A DNA stretch of 64,000 bases from Eledone cirrhosa (GCA_964016885.1 OZ024753.1:33852001-33916000), one strand, 5' to 3'; positions 1 to 13,969 are shown, counted from the stretch's first letter. Program-made: numbers and translations. The notes: generated by a model not told the origin, from the letters alone.

Positions 1-66
1 GTGGTGCTATTAAGTTAGACACGGCCTGGGCCAATACTGGCCAAAACATTTCAAAGTTATTCAAAG

Positions 67-163
<97 letters not shown>

Positions 164-242
164 TATACATACATATATATATATATATACATACATATAT
201 ATATATATACATATATATATATACATACATACATATATATAT

Positions 243-287
<45 letters not shown>

Positions 288-290
288 CAC

Positions 291-339
<49 letters not shown>

Positions 340-397
340 ATATACATATATATACACATATATATATACATATACATATATATGTATATATATATAT

Positions 398-444
<47 letters not shown>

Positions 445-704
445 TATATACATACATATATATACATATAATACATATATATATATATATACATACATAT
501 ATATATATATACATATATATACATATAATACATATATATATATATATATACATACATAGATATATATATACATACATATATATATACATATATATACATA
601 TATATATATACATATATATATATATACATATATACATATATATATATGTATATATATATATGTATATATATATGTATATATATATGTATATATATATGTA
701 TATA
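67..704. repeat. (TA)n/(TACA)n compound microsatellite
   Basis: Pure then interrupted TA dinucleotide tract. Confidence 0.97.
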
Positions 705-1057
705 TATACGAGAATGTTGAGGATGGCTCTGAACATTAATCAGTATACACTGAGGATGAAAAACTCAGAGCTGTATGGGAGCATCCCAAGAGTCAGCTCA
801 AAAGTGACACAGAGGAGACTGAGGTTGGCTGGACATGCTCACCGTCATCCAGAGTTGACATTGCACTCAGTACTCCTTTGGGAGCCCCTACATGAACACA
901 CTAGAAGAGGAAGACTAAGGTTAACATATGTTGATGCCCTAAGGACAGACACTGGTCTGTTGGAGATGCAGGATATGGCAGCGATAATGAGGGACAGAGA
1001 CCGCTGGAGAGAACTCGTCCATGGATGTCGGGAATTTTACCCGCCTTAGATAGATAG

Positions 1058-1062
<5 letters not shown>
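705..1062 (+). mobile_element. RTE-clade LINE, 5'-truncated 3' end with (TAGA)n tail
   Basis: Translates as [10 protein letters not shown]...[12 protein letters not shown]...LLWEP...[10 protein letters not shown]...MRDRDRW-stop, typical of the RTE ORF C-terminus; microsatellite tail follows the stop. Confidence 0.85.
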
Positions 1063-1116
<54 letters not shown>

Positions 1117-1174
1117 AATATATATATATATACATACATATATCAAACAGCACGGACACACTATCTCAAAATTA

Positions 1175-1211
1175 TTTTTGAAAAGCATTTAGAAATGCGC
1201 AACCGGTAAAA
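1175..1211 (+). ncRNA. Degenerate hammerhead-like motif, U3-A8 core variant
   Basis: TTT TTGAAAA GCATTT-AG-AAATGC GCAAC CG GTA AAA; the GAAA box is mutated to GCAA. Confidence 0.35.
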
Positions 1212-1394
1212 ACTTAAAAACTTAAAACCACAACTGAATACTAACCCATACAATCACTAATACTCTTTTATTCCTAATTAAACTATTTTTCAACTGTGAA
1301 CAATTTGTCAGCATTTTCTATTCCGTTTACCAATATATAATAACTTGTGTGTTACACCTCTATTCTTTTAACTATATATATATATATATAAATT

Positions 1395-1771
1395 GAAACA
1401 AAATGAAAACGAAATTTCATTTCTCACTCTTAGTATGGCACTTACTTAAAGTATATATTTTCGAACGTTCAACTATCTGGCAGATGGGTAAACGGTGCTG
1501 ATGATAGCTAACAAGCTTGAAACTAGTACATCGTTCCTGTGTCAGTGTTGAACAAAAAGGTGACGTGGTTGCCTTAACACCGTATGGCATAAATTCAGGC
1601 TGTTCAGTTTGTTTACAAACGAACAAAGCGACGTTAGCGCCGCTAAACTGATACGTGCATATATGTATGTGTACCTGTATGCATATGTATATATATATGT
1701 ATATATATATATATATGTGCATGCTACTGTACGTCTGTATACATATATGTATGTACGTATACATGCATACT

Positions 1772-1772
<1 letters not shown>
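1395..1772 (+). mobile_element. Diverged copy of the ~420-nt hammerhead element (family C), preceded by an inverted terminal piece
   Basis: 1395-1450 is the reverse complement of the family 3' end; 1451-1772 aligns to the 48601-49026 copy. Confidence 0.7.
1491..1535 (+). ncRNA. Type I minimal hammerhead ribozyme motif (family C)
   Basis: AACGGTG CTGATGA T AGCT-AACA-AGCT T GAA AC-TA-GT A CATCGTT: 7-bp stem I, intact core, GUA site. Confidence 0.75.
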
Positions 1773-1823
<51 letters not shown>

Positions 1824-2124
1824 TATATTTATATATCATAAATCATGTCTATAGAATCAGTCAGATATTAAAATATATACTATTTCTTCTTCTAATTAGC
1901 ATAATTAACCATATACAAAATCAAATCTAGCAAGCTTTAAGAATAAATTTTCTGACGGAGAAATCTCTGACAAACAATTGATCGTAGCCTCTTCGCGGCA
2001 GCCCCGTTCCATTATTTATCAAACATTTCGGCAGCATGCAGAATCCGATCAAATATACCATCAACCACACACAATTAGTAGTAAAATAATTAAACTTAGA
2101 AGAAATGCGCACATACCGTAATTA

Positions 2125-2202
2125 TATCTCTACCATGGTTTCTTCCTTATTTAGGACATCCAAATAATATGAATTATCCAGAGTTAGGATCATCAGGAGA
2201 TA
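2125..2202 (-). ncRNA. Type I hammerhead ribozyme motif
   Basis: Minus strand: TATCTC CTGATGA TCCT...AGGA A GAA AC-CATG-GT A GAGATA; perfect 6-bp stem I, palindromic stem III, GUA site. Confidence 0.7.
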
Positions 2203-2254
2203 AACTCAAAATCAGACATTTAGTATTTCTAACCGGTCGAGCCAAATTTAGATT

Positions 2255-2257
<3 letters not shown>

Positions 2258-2336
<79 letters not shown>

Positions 2337-2561
2337 CATACATATATACATATATATATATACATACATATATATACATATATATATATACATATATATA
2401 TACATATATACATATATATACATACATATATACATGTGTATATATACATACATACATATATATATATACATATATATATACATACATATATATATACATA
2501 TATATATATACATACAGATATATATACATATATAATATACACACATATATAATATACACAC

Positions 2562-2593
<32 letters not shown>

Positions 2594-2627
2594 ATTATAT
2601 ATGTATATATGTATATATATATGTATG

Positions 2628-2678
<51 letters not shown>

Positions 2679-2865
2679 ATACACATGTATATATGTATGT
2701 ATATATATATATATATATGTATATATATGTATATATATATATGTATATATATATGTATATATATGTATATATATGTATGTATGTATATATATATATATGT
2801 ATATATATGTATATATATATATGTATATATATATATGTATATATATGTATATATATGTATGTATG

Positions 2866-2945
<80 letters not shown>

Positions 2946-2961
2946 CATATATATATATATA
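2258..2961. repeat. (TA)n/(TACA)n/(TATG)n compound microsatellite
   Basis: Direct reading. Confidence 0.95.
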
Positions 2962-3828
2962 TAAGTATGTACACGTACATACATATATGTATACAGGCGT
3001 ACGGTAGTATGTATATATATATATACATACATGCACACATATATATATGTACGTATGGATTCACCGAACATTTATTATAATGCTCGGTGTGTTTGGAAAC
3101 AAATATCCCGTATTAAGCCGTAGTGTCTAGCAACCATCGTTGCTCGTTTGTTCAACACTGACAAAGGAACGCTGTACTAGTTTCAAGCGTATTAGTTATC
3201 GTCAGCAACGTAAACCTTCCTGCCAGATTGTTGAACGTATATACTTACCTTATGCATATTAACGGCTGAGTAGCCCAATTTGCATATCGAGTGGGTTAAT
3301 CGGCCGGGTGCACCGAAAACGATAAACGGAAAAAATGAAACGAAATTTCATTTCCTATTCTTAGTACGGCTGTTACTTAAATATAAGTATGTACACGTAC
3401 ATACATATATGTATACAGACGTACAGTAGTATGTATATATATAGACATATATGCACACATATATATATGTACATATGGATTCACAGAACATTTATTATAA
3501 TGCTCGGTGTGTTTGTAAACAAACATCCCGTATTAAGCCGTAGTGTCTAGCTTGCTACAGCGTTCCTTTGTCTGTGTTGAACAAACGAGCAACGATGGTT
3601 GCTAGACACTACGGCTTAATACGGGATGTTTGTTTACGAACACACCGAACATTATAATAAATGTTCGGTAAATCCATACGTACATATATATTTGTGCATG
3701 TATGTATATATATATACATACTACTGTACGTCTGTATACATATATGTATGTACGTGTACATACTTATATTTAAGTAACCGCCGTACTAAGAGTGGGAAAT
3801 AAAATTTCGTTTCATTTGTTTCCGTTTA
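2962..3828. mobile_element. Family C array: ~1.4 head-to-tail units on minus (2962-3551) plus an inverted partial copy on plus (3556-3828)
   Basis: TAGTGTCTAG recurs at 3121 and 3541 (period ~420); 3556-3828 matches the distal part of 48601-49026. Confidence 0.85.
3169..3211 (-). ncRNA. Type I minimal hammerhead motif (family C)
   Basis: ACGTTG CTGACGA ... GAA AC-TA-GT A CAGCGT; stem II weakened. Confidence 0.65.
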
Positions 3829-4417
3829 TATATATATATATATATTCATATACATATATATATACATATATATATATACATATATATATATACATATAAA
3901 TATATGTCTATCCTTCAGTATTTATTTTTTGTTGTAATATCTTTCTTATTTTATATTCCAATGTTTCTGCTTGAATAATTGATCTCGAAATCTACATTGA
4001 CTCACCCCTGCAATCATTTTCCTTCTACGTTTCTCATTATCACCAAAGTTTCGTCTTTATAATCTCCTCGGTCTAATAATAATCGAGAGAGAGATCAATT
4101 TATTGTAACCATAGACTCAAAGAGAAGTTTTCGCACTACAAATCGAACCCTTAACCTCATACTACCAACTGACAAACTGCATATACCTACACTTTATACC
4201 CTCTTGTTGTACCTAAACCCTTTAATTACCCACAAAACCAATATATATATCCCCCTCTTCTCCCTCATTCCTCTTCTATTTCTCCGTTTTCTTCCTTCCT
4301 TCCCTCCCCTTCTTGGCTATCTTTTCTTTTCTTCTTTCTCACCCCCTTCTTTGCTTTTATTTTTGTCATTATTATCTTTATCTTTATTTTTTTATATTTA
4401 TCTCTTTATATCTCCCC

Positions 4418-4453
<36 letters not shown>

Positions 4454-5051
4454 CCATCCCTCCCACTATTATCTATTTAATTCTCTTTAACTCACTACAT
4501 TCCACGACATGAAGTCTGCTATCAAAACTGACCAAGGAATCCTTCCACCTCTACCCCTCCCTCCATCTCAGTTTGTCATTCTACTTCCTACCACTTCCCC
4601 CTTCCTCTCTCTCTCTCTCTATACTATTCCGTCTGTCCCCTCACCTCCTGATTCCTCTCTCTATACTAGTAAATACAATTCCAAATAAATGTTTTTCTCT
4701 ATATATTAAGAATTATTTCAAGAGCAACTTACTATTTTGAAAATTTGGACTGTGAACAACAATTATAATTGAGTGGCTGCTATTTGCAGTATAGCAATAT
4801 AAGGTTGCACTTACCAATGAAACGGTCGTAAATACCTGGATAAAATCCTTCTCTTAATGCTTACCTGTGTTTTTTCTCTTTTATACTTTATACTCAAGAT
4901 TGAACGGAATTCTTACAAACTTGTGGAGTTACCCCTAACCGTACGTTGAAACCATCCATGAAACTGGCTTTCTTAACCAAAAACTGGATCACAATAAGCA
5001 ATTGTTTGCTTCTCTAACTATATATATATATACATACACACACAACGCACA

Positions 5052-5092
<41 letters not shown>

Positions 5093-5098
<6 letters not shown>

Positions 5099-5365
5099 AT
5101 ACTTGGGGAGGGTCATATTGTTGTAATAATACCAGAAACAATAACAGAACACACTGATTGCTTGGTTTTCGCTTCTGTATCTTTTATATCTCCATAGTTA
5201 ATTCATTCGGCAATCAATGGTTATCATTGATTGACCAACGGTCAAAAATACACATATAAATACATATATATATAGTCTAACAAAGTACTTTCGTTGCACA
5301 TCTGCAGCATCATCAGTGGTACTATTATCTTTCCTCCTGTTGTATTGTATGTCTACGCCATTTTT
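5093..5365 (-). mobile_element. Penelope-like pseudo-LTR (family A-related) with hammerhead-like motif at ~5279-5320
   Basis: Ends in ATGACCCTCCCCAAGTATAACAAT next to (AT)n; contains CTGATGA T GCTGCA-GATG-TGCAAC GAAAG; homologous to 36020-36320. Confidence 0.65.
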
Positions 5366-5544
5366 ATTTTATATGCAAAGTAGAGTTTTAATATTCATAG
5401 TAACAAGAGTCGCTATCTTGCCTAGATATATCACCACAGCGGTCCCTATATGACCAACTTGTTAGATTATTTATTCATAGTCAATAAACGATCTTTGAAG
5501 ATGTTAACTTTAAAAAGGGTCACGTGCATTCAAATTCATAATAT

Positions 5545-5895
5545 AATTGCTTTTACTTTAGGCACACGGCCAGCAATTACTCAGTACATTACTGGTACTT
5601 TATTTTATCGACCCCATAAGGATGAAAAGCAAAGTTAACCTCGGCGGGATTTGAACTCAGAATGGCAAGGGCCGTAACTATTACGTAACTATTAATATAT
5701 ATATTAGGTCGGTGAATTGGCAGTATCGGTAGAGGGTTGGACGCCATGCTTTCTAGCATAGATTCGTCCCTTTACAGTCGGAGTTCAAATCCCGCCGAGG
5801 TTAACTTTGCCTTTCATCCTTACGGGGTCGATAAAATAAAGTACCAGTAATGTACTGAGTAATTGCTGGCCGTGTGCCTAAAGTAGAAACAATTA
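5545..5895. mobile_element. Two tRNA-derived SINE copies in inverted orientation (5545-5678 minus, partial; 5707-5895 plus)
   Basis: Box A TGGCAGTATCGG, box B GAGTTCAAATCC, body TTTGCCTTTCATCCTTACGGGGTCGATAAAATAAAGTACCAG. Confidence 0.85.
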
Positions 5896-6165
5896 ATATA
5901 TATAATAATATATATATTAATATATATATTAATATATATATTAATTTATTAGTATATATTATATATATATATATATATTTATATATATAAAATATATAAT
6001 AATACTAATAAAAAGGACAATTTAGGTCTTCATTACGTTTATTGAGTAGTGACGTGCGTTTTTATTATTAGTATTACACTCTGATTAGTACTACAGCTCT
6101 ATACCTACTGGAAACTACGCATCGAGTGTTCATTCTGGTGAACCTACAGTAACTGGACGTTACAA

Positions 6166-6310
<145 letters not shown>

Positions 6311-6948
6311 AGATAAATAGATAGAGAGATATGTTATGTTATAGGTGGTATCCTTCAGCACCACGTCTACCATTTGCTATTTGATATCCCTTTATATCTC
6401 ATCCATATTTCTTTTTCTTCACATCTCCCGCAATCTCCCACCTCTCTCTCTCTCTCTCACTCTCTCATTCTTTCTATCTATTTATCTCTCTATCTATCTT
6501 CCCCTCAGCAAGCATTTCTTTTCCTAAGTAGGATTCTGTTTTTATCACTCTTTATCTTTACCTAATTGACTATAAAACATACATTAAGAAGTTCCTGTCT
6601 TTTCGTTTGATTAAACATTTATCCCGATTATTTCAGTTTGCTTCTCTATGCTACTCTTAGATTTACTGCTTCTCTTTCGTTCTTTCTCTTTATCCTTTCC
6701 ATCTCAATCTCATTCCAATTTCCACATATCTCTTCTACCTTTCTGTCACTCTTTCTCCTCTATTTCTCTTTGTCTCTTTCTTCTCTATTTCTACATCATT
6801 ACACTACAATTGATTTCAATAATTATCTAACGATTCATCACTGTGTCTAATCTAATTTTTGTTACACTTAAAAAGATTTACAGTTAAAAATAACTGTAAG
6901 GTTGTGTTTGGGAATATTTTTATATATGTATCTACAAGAATACACACG

Positions 6949-7021
<73 letters not shown>

Positions 7022-7026
7022 ACATA

Positions 7027-7104
7027 CAGGGTGTCCATAAAGTCCGTGTATAGTTACAAAGCTACAAGTATTTTAAATTGCACACGGCCTTTATGGACAC
7101 ACTG
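7027..7104. mobile_element. 78-bp Tc1/mariner-type MITE
   Basis: TIRs CAGGGTGTCCATAAAGTCCGTGT / ACACGGCCTTTATGGACACACTG; TA on the left flank. Confidence 0.7.
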
Positions 7105-7454
7105 TGTGTTTGTGTGTGTTTGTGTGTGTGTAACAAAAGACTAATAACTACGCTAGATAGATAGATAGATATACATACATAGACGTATATAATCAGTTCG
7201 GGCTATAGCAAGAACTTTCCCTTGCTTTCTAGCTTAGCATTTGGGCCCTGAATACCACTAAAGGGTGTCTCGATCTTTCTGTCTTTAAAATGCAAGGATA
7301 CACTCCATTAATTGAAGTTCAGAGTCTATTCGTATGTATACACGTCGTTCGCAGAGCTCCACGCGCGCATCTACATGCACACAAACGCTCACACATATAG
7401 ATACATATATATTTATATATATATATACAAACATGCATATATATATATATATAC

Positions 7455-8005
<551 letters not shown>

Positions 8006-8303
8006 GGATCGATAAAGTAGCAGTAGCGATGAAGTACAGAGGTTGGTTAAATAGACCCCACCCCAAGTGTGGCGCCTTTTGCCTAAGTTAGAAACCATTA
8101 TTTCATTTAATAAATATGAACATGTTTCAAAATTACTGAACATATATTTGGTACATTAATACTTTACACGAAACAAAACAACAAACTAGAATGCATCTCA
8201 AAAGACCCATCCGGCATATTGGCCAAGACATCAGCTTACTATATTCACTTTTTCTTTATATACTTTCTACTGTTTCAACACAATCTTAGCCCTTGAATTA
8301 GAC

Positions 8304-8610
8304 CAGAGGTTCTCAAAGTAACCGCTGCCGCCCCCCAGTGGGCGTTGAGAAGGTCTAGGGGATATAATAGTATATTAAATATCAAGTGATACATATTATA
8401 TATAAATATAGTAAAATATAAAATATATAATATTTATCTATACATAGTATATATTATATTATTTGTTATATATAAATTAACGATTTTATTTATTATATAT
8501 TATTTACTATTTGCGAGTAGGCAGGTCTCTCTGAAAATAGGGTTGGGGTGCGCTGGGGGTATTACATGGCAATGAGGGGGTAGGTGGCCCCAAAAGTTTG
8601 AGAATCTCTG
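8304..8610. mobile_element. hAT (Charlie-like) MITE
   Basis: TIRs CAGAGGTTCTCAAA / TTTGAGAATCTCTG (13/14); 8-bp TSD AATTAGAC / AATTTGAC. Confidence 0.8.
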
Positions 8611-9454
8611 AATTTGACAGTCCTAATATTCACAAAACATTTCATTCGTCACTCCTATTTCAATTTACACAATCTCCCTCTCCCAGAAATACAGTCCCTG
8701 AAACCTTCTCTCTCATCTATGACTTATTCTGTATATCTCAGCAGAGAAAATATAGTTCAAAGCTGACAGATTTCATCAAGCCAAAACTGTCGCCATCAAC
8801 CGGATTTCCGTTGCAGCTGCTACATTCTTTGTTAGGAAATTCAACGAGAACATAACCACGCAATTCGTATAACAGGGCCTACATATGTTGTTGATGGCCG
8901 TCTTTCTTCTAATATTGAATATATTCTCTCCAGCTATATACATTTCAAAATCTTGTCTTGGTTTAAAGAATCAACATTTCCTTTTGAGATTTAATCGACT
9001 TAAACGTTGATTCCAGAAAAGTGATTGTCATAATAGAAACTGGAGAGAAGACATTAAGGTTTAAAGAAGAAAACAATATTTCTAAAATTTTGTTTCAGAT
9101 AATTCCCCAAACGATTTTCTTGGAAGTTCGTTCTGTTGTCAGAAATAAAACAACATATTTTTCAAATATATTTCATATTTTCTGTATTTTCAATGTCCTT
9201 AACGAAACAGCAGCTCGATCCACAGAGGAAAACTTTGCGATAACAATTGCGATAATTCCTTCGAGAGTATCTGTCAGCTTTATCAAGTTAAGAAAGCATG
9301 TTTTTGACATTTAGGACAGGCCGCGGATTATTTAGACTACTTCTGCGACAAGATGGTATTTTATTTCGGTTTCATTGATTTTTCGTTTCGTACAGAGGAT
9401 GAAGAAGGTTAATGGATGTGGTTATGGGGCGACATTTTTTCCCTGATTCTATCG

Positions 9455-9768
9455 ATTGCGATAATGATAATCGCAATCATCATCATCATCACCATCACCA
9501 TCATCATCTTCATCATCTTCTTTTTCATGGTTATCGACTTCAGCGCTGCCACCATCAACATTATCCTCATCATCTCTACCATTACCACAATCATTTCGAT
9601 CACCATCACCTGCCAGCGTCAGCTTCATCATCATCATCATCATCTTAATCATCACAACCACCACCTTCATCACCACAACAACCATCACTAAAATCATCAA
9701 CCCCCAACACCACCTCCAGAACCACCACCATCTCCAGCACAATCAATGCCATCATCATCATCATCGTC
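9455..9768. repeat. Degenerate (CAT/CAC)n trinucleotide repeat
   Basis: Direct reading. Confidence 0.85.
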
Positions 9769-10221
9769 AATTACACGTATATCTCCAGACAGAACGTTCA
9801 TTTCACTAGCAAATATTTGTCTCTTTTATACTCTGTGCTATACTATGGTGCTATACTATGGTACTCTGATATTCTATCGTACTCTATAGCACACTATGGT
9901 ACTCTATAGTACTAATTTAGACATACAATTTACTGTGAACGCCTTATAACAACTATTGAAAAACAAAACCTTATATGAACTGCCTGAGAAACCCGAATAT
10001 CCGAAACACAGTCGTTGAACTCAAGAGCCAATTAGCAGCAACATGTCAGTAACTTTTTTATCTTTAAAAGGATCATTATGAATATCATATGACACATACA
10101 TACACATATACACACACAAACATATACATGTATATATATATACACATGTATGTATATATATATATTCATATATATATATACACATATATATATATATAAA
10201 TTCATATATATACACATATAC

Positions 10222-10264
<43 letters not shown>

Positions 10265-10380
10265 CATGTATGTATATATATATATATATATACATATATA
10301 TACATACATGTGTATATATATATATATATACACATGTATGTATATATATGTATATATATATATACACCTTTTGAACTCTT

Positions 10381-10413
10381 ACCTGAAGAAGGGCTTATGC
10401 CCGAAACGTCGTC
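10381..10413 (+). ncRNA. Minimal Penelope-type hammerhead motif
   Basis: AC CTGAAGA A GGGC-TTAT-GCCC GAAAC GTC GT; AATAAA and (TA)n downstream. Confidence 0.65.
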
Positions 10414-10497
10414 CTCCACCTACCCCCCACTCTCCTAAGCGTGAAGCTAATAAACATTTGTCGTACTGCCTCTCTGTTCTGTCCCTGTTCAATTTTT

Positions 10498-10534
<37 letters not shown>

Positions 10535-10704
10535 CGAAACATAAGTCAATTGCATGGTATTTGTGACATATGAGCTTGTTAGGAATATATATATATATAT
10601 ATAGAAGTGGTTACACAACCCTAACTTCTACCTAACTCGTCCCATGGACTGAGTGCTCTACCACGACGGATATTACCTTCCAGTGTTCCACCACTATATG
10701 TATA

Positions 10705-11036
10705 TATCTATCTATCTATCTAAGGCGGGTAAAATTCCCGAGATCCATGGACAAGTTCTCTCCAGCGGTCTCTGTCCCTCATTATCGCTGCCATATCCTG
10801 CATCTCCAACAGACCAGTGTCTGTCCTTAGGGCATCAACATATGTTAACCTTGGTCTTCCTCTTCTAGTGTGTCCATGTAGGGGCTCCCAAAGGAGTACT
10901 GAGTGCAATGTCAACTCTGGATGTCGGTGAGCATGTCCAGCCAACCTCAGTCTCCTCTGTGTCACTTTTGAGCTGACTTTTGGGATGCTCCCATACAGCT
11001 CTGAGTTTTTCATCCTCAGTGTATACTGATTAATGT
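10705..11036 (-). mobile_element. RTE-clade LINE 3' fragment, same family as 705-1062
   Basis: Near-identical translation (4 aa differences), same (TAGA)n tail, 5' end in a TA tract. Confidence 0.85.
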
Positions 11037-11081
11037 ATATATATATGTATATATATATGTATATATATACACATATACATG

Positions 11082-11178
<97 letters not shown>

Positions 11179-11277
11179 ATATATATGTGTGTGTGTGTTC
11201 ATATATATATATATATATTTAAGAGTTAGACAAGGTTCAATGAGTACATCAAAGAATGAGTTTTACATGTATCATTT

Positions 11278-11344
11278 TATTTTATCTGATGAGGACGTAC
11301 TATTGAACTTAACTCAGTACCTCTGAAATATGTATAATAAAATA
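11278..11344 (+). ncRNA. Type I hammerhead motif (family B-related)
   Basis: TATTTTAT CTGATGA GGAC GTACT...AGTAC CTCT GAA ATA-TG-TAT A ATAAAATA; perfect 8-bp stem I, AUA site. Confidence 0.65.
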
Positions 11345-11384
11345 TAATTGATCACAAGAATATCTATTTTGTTAATATTTTGAA

Positions 11385-11431
<47 letters not shown>

Positions 11432-11445
11432 GCATATATAGATAT

Positions 11446-11502
<57 letters not shown>

Positions 11503-11876
11503 GCATATATAGATATATATACACACATACATTTACATACATAATGTGCGTTTGCATGTATGTATTTACGTAAGTATGTAGGTAGATATGTGCGTATGTA
11601 TATTCAAATCCCATTTCGGATATTGTTTCCTAGTGTGATTTAAGTGTACGTGCAATCACGAATGTGTAATCAGTTATGATTGTGCCCATAGCAACAGAAC
11701 CGGGGCAGGTTTAACATATCTTTCTGATCTTTTACGATAATGTCACCGACGCGTCGACTTTTCTTAGTTTTTCTTTTTTGCTTTTTGTAATGCACTGGAT
11801 AATTGCTGGCCTTGTGCCAAACGTAGAAACAAAGAATTATCAGATAATATGTAAAGAAGGCATATTTAAATCGTGG

Positions 11877-11963
<87 letters not shown>

Positions 11964-12045
11964 TATATGTGAATATATGTGAATATATATAGTAATAATA
12001 ATAAATGTGAGGACTAAAGTGTGAATATATATATATGCATATATG

Positions 12046-12085
<40 letters not shown>

Positions 12086-13130
12086 TATATGCGTATATAT
12101 ATATATGCATATATGCGTATATATATATATATGCATATATGTCAATATATATATATATTTATGCATAAATTTGTATATATATATATTTATGCATAAATTC
12201 GTATATATATATACACACACATATACATATATATATATACACATATATGCATATATATATATGCACACATATACATATATATATACATACACAGTTATAC
12301 TTATATATGCATGTATACCTCATATATATATGAGTTTGTGTGTGCATATGTGTCTGTGTGAGAGAGAGACATAATAAAAATTCATTTTCATGATGCCAAT
12401 TAAATCACACTTTTTTTCTATAGGATACATATACTTAAATTTACAGGGATTGATATATTTTCAGTTTTATATTATTTTTCTATCGTTATCTGTAAGAGAA
12501 AGAATATTGCTCAGTATTATTATGTGTCTTTCTTTGATCATGCAGATAGTGGGAATTGGTAAAGAAAATAGCTTCTGGTAATATAGGACTTTTGGCATAC
12601 ATTTTGTTTTTTCGTTTAGTGTATGATAGAAATATATAGAAATATACGATGCTCTTGCCTGCCTTTAATCACATCGCAGCACAACAACTTGTCTTTATAG
12701 ATAATGGCCAAGGGAAGAAGTAAAAGAAAGGAAAAGTGGGTGAAAAATTGGATATAAAAGAAATAAGACATTATAGAACACTATCCATTTATCTTTGATC
12801 AGTTTTAAGTAATATGTAAATCCTAACGACGATATATAAACGGCAGACCAGAGTAAGAAACGTGATAATGGTGATGACACTGCTGATGATGATGATGATG
12901 ATAATGACGGTGATGATGTTGATGGTTGGTAATGGTTGTGGTGATGCTGATGGTGTTGGTGGTAGTGTTGGTAGTGGTGAGGTTTGTGGTGGTGGTGGTA
13001 ATGTTGGTAGTGGTGGGTCTTGTGGTGGTGGTTATGATGATAATAATCTTGCTTTGCTGAAAGTACACGAAATGCTGATAACTAGAACATATTATCAGTT
13101 TGCCTTATTTAAAACCACTCATTACAGAAA

Positions 13131-13175
<45 letters not shown>

Positions 13176-13178
<3 letters not shown>

Positions 13179-13538
13179 GATATTAACAAATGGAAACTAT
13201 ATTTATAAAACCGTATTTATTTCATTATACATATTTCAAGGACACCAAGTTAAATTATGGTGTGCTTTCATCAGACAAAATATAATATAGATCAGTTTTA
13301 TAAATAAATATTGACATACCCTTAAAAAATGCAACCATTACTGTTGGAAGCTCCACTATCCGGGAGCTTCCAACAGTAATGGTTGCATTTTTTAAGGGTA
13401 TGTCAATATTTATTTATAAAACTGATCTATATTATATTTTGTCTGATGAAAGCACACCATAATTTAACTTGGTGTCCTTGAAATATGTATAATGAAATAA
13501 ATACGTTTTTATAAATATAGTTTCCATTTGTTAATATC

Positions 13539-13541
<3 letters not shown>
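13176..13541. mobile_element. 366-bp near-perfect palindrome (family B) carrying hammerhead motifs at 13218-13282 (-) and 13435-13499 (+)
   Basis: 179-bp arms with one mismatch seen, 8-nt spacer ACTATCCG, (TA)n on both sides; CTGATGA AAGCACACCA...TGGTGTCCTT GAAATATGTATA. Confidence 0.85.
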
Positions 13542-13580
<39 letters not shown>

Positions 13581-13657
13581 TTTATACATGTATATGTGCG
13601 TGTGCATATACATATGTATTTGCGTGCATGTACGTATGTATATATATCTGTATGTAT

Positions 13658-13965
13658 ATAAGGTGTCTGTCGGAAGAGTATCCGACCTTAGGCTGGGAAA
13701 AAAAATTACGAATTTGGTGAGGTTCCATGGCTAATATATTTCAAAGTAAGCAACTTGTTCCTCTTCCGGAATGGATCTCACAGTCTGCCTGATATCTTAC
13801 CGACTCTCAACGGGAAAGGTCTTCAGTGGCTTCTTCATATTTGGAAAGAAACAGGAGTTAAATAGTACAGAATGACATTACCTCCCATGAAAACTTGGAT
13901 TATTTGGAAGGAATGAGCCAGAGTATTGTCTTCAAACAAAACTGGGTGCTTTTTCGAAAGGTCAC

Positions 13966-13969
<4 letters not shown>
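13658..13969. mobile_element. Old mariner-like deletion derivative
   Basis: Left end GTCTGTCGGAAGAGTATCCGACC resembles a mariner TIR; degenerate complement at the right end; minus-strand AYFE resembles the transposase C-terminal GDYFE. Confidence 0.4.

Noticed and set aside
9980-10020. CCTGAGAAACCCGAATATCCGAAACACAGTC hammerhead-like string
   Set aside because: First box and stem II too degenerate to support
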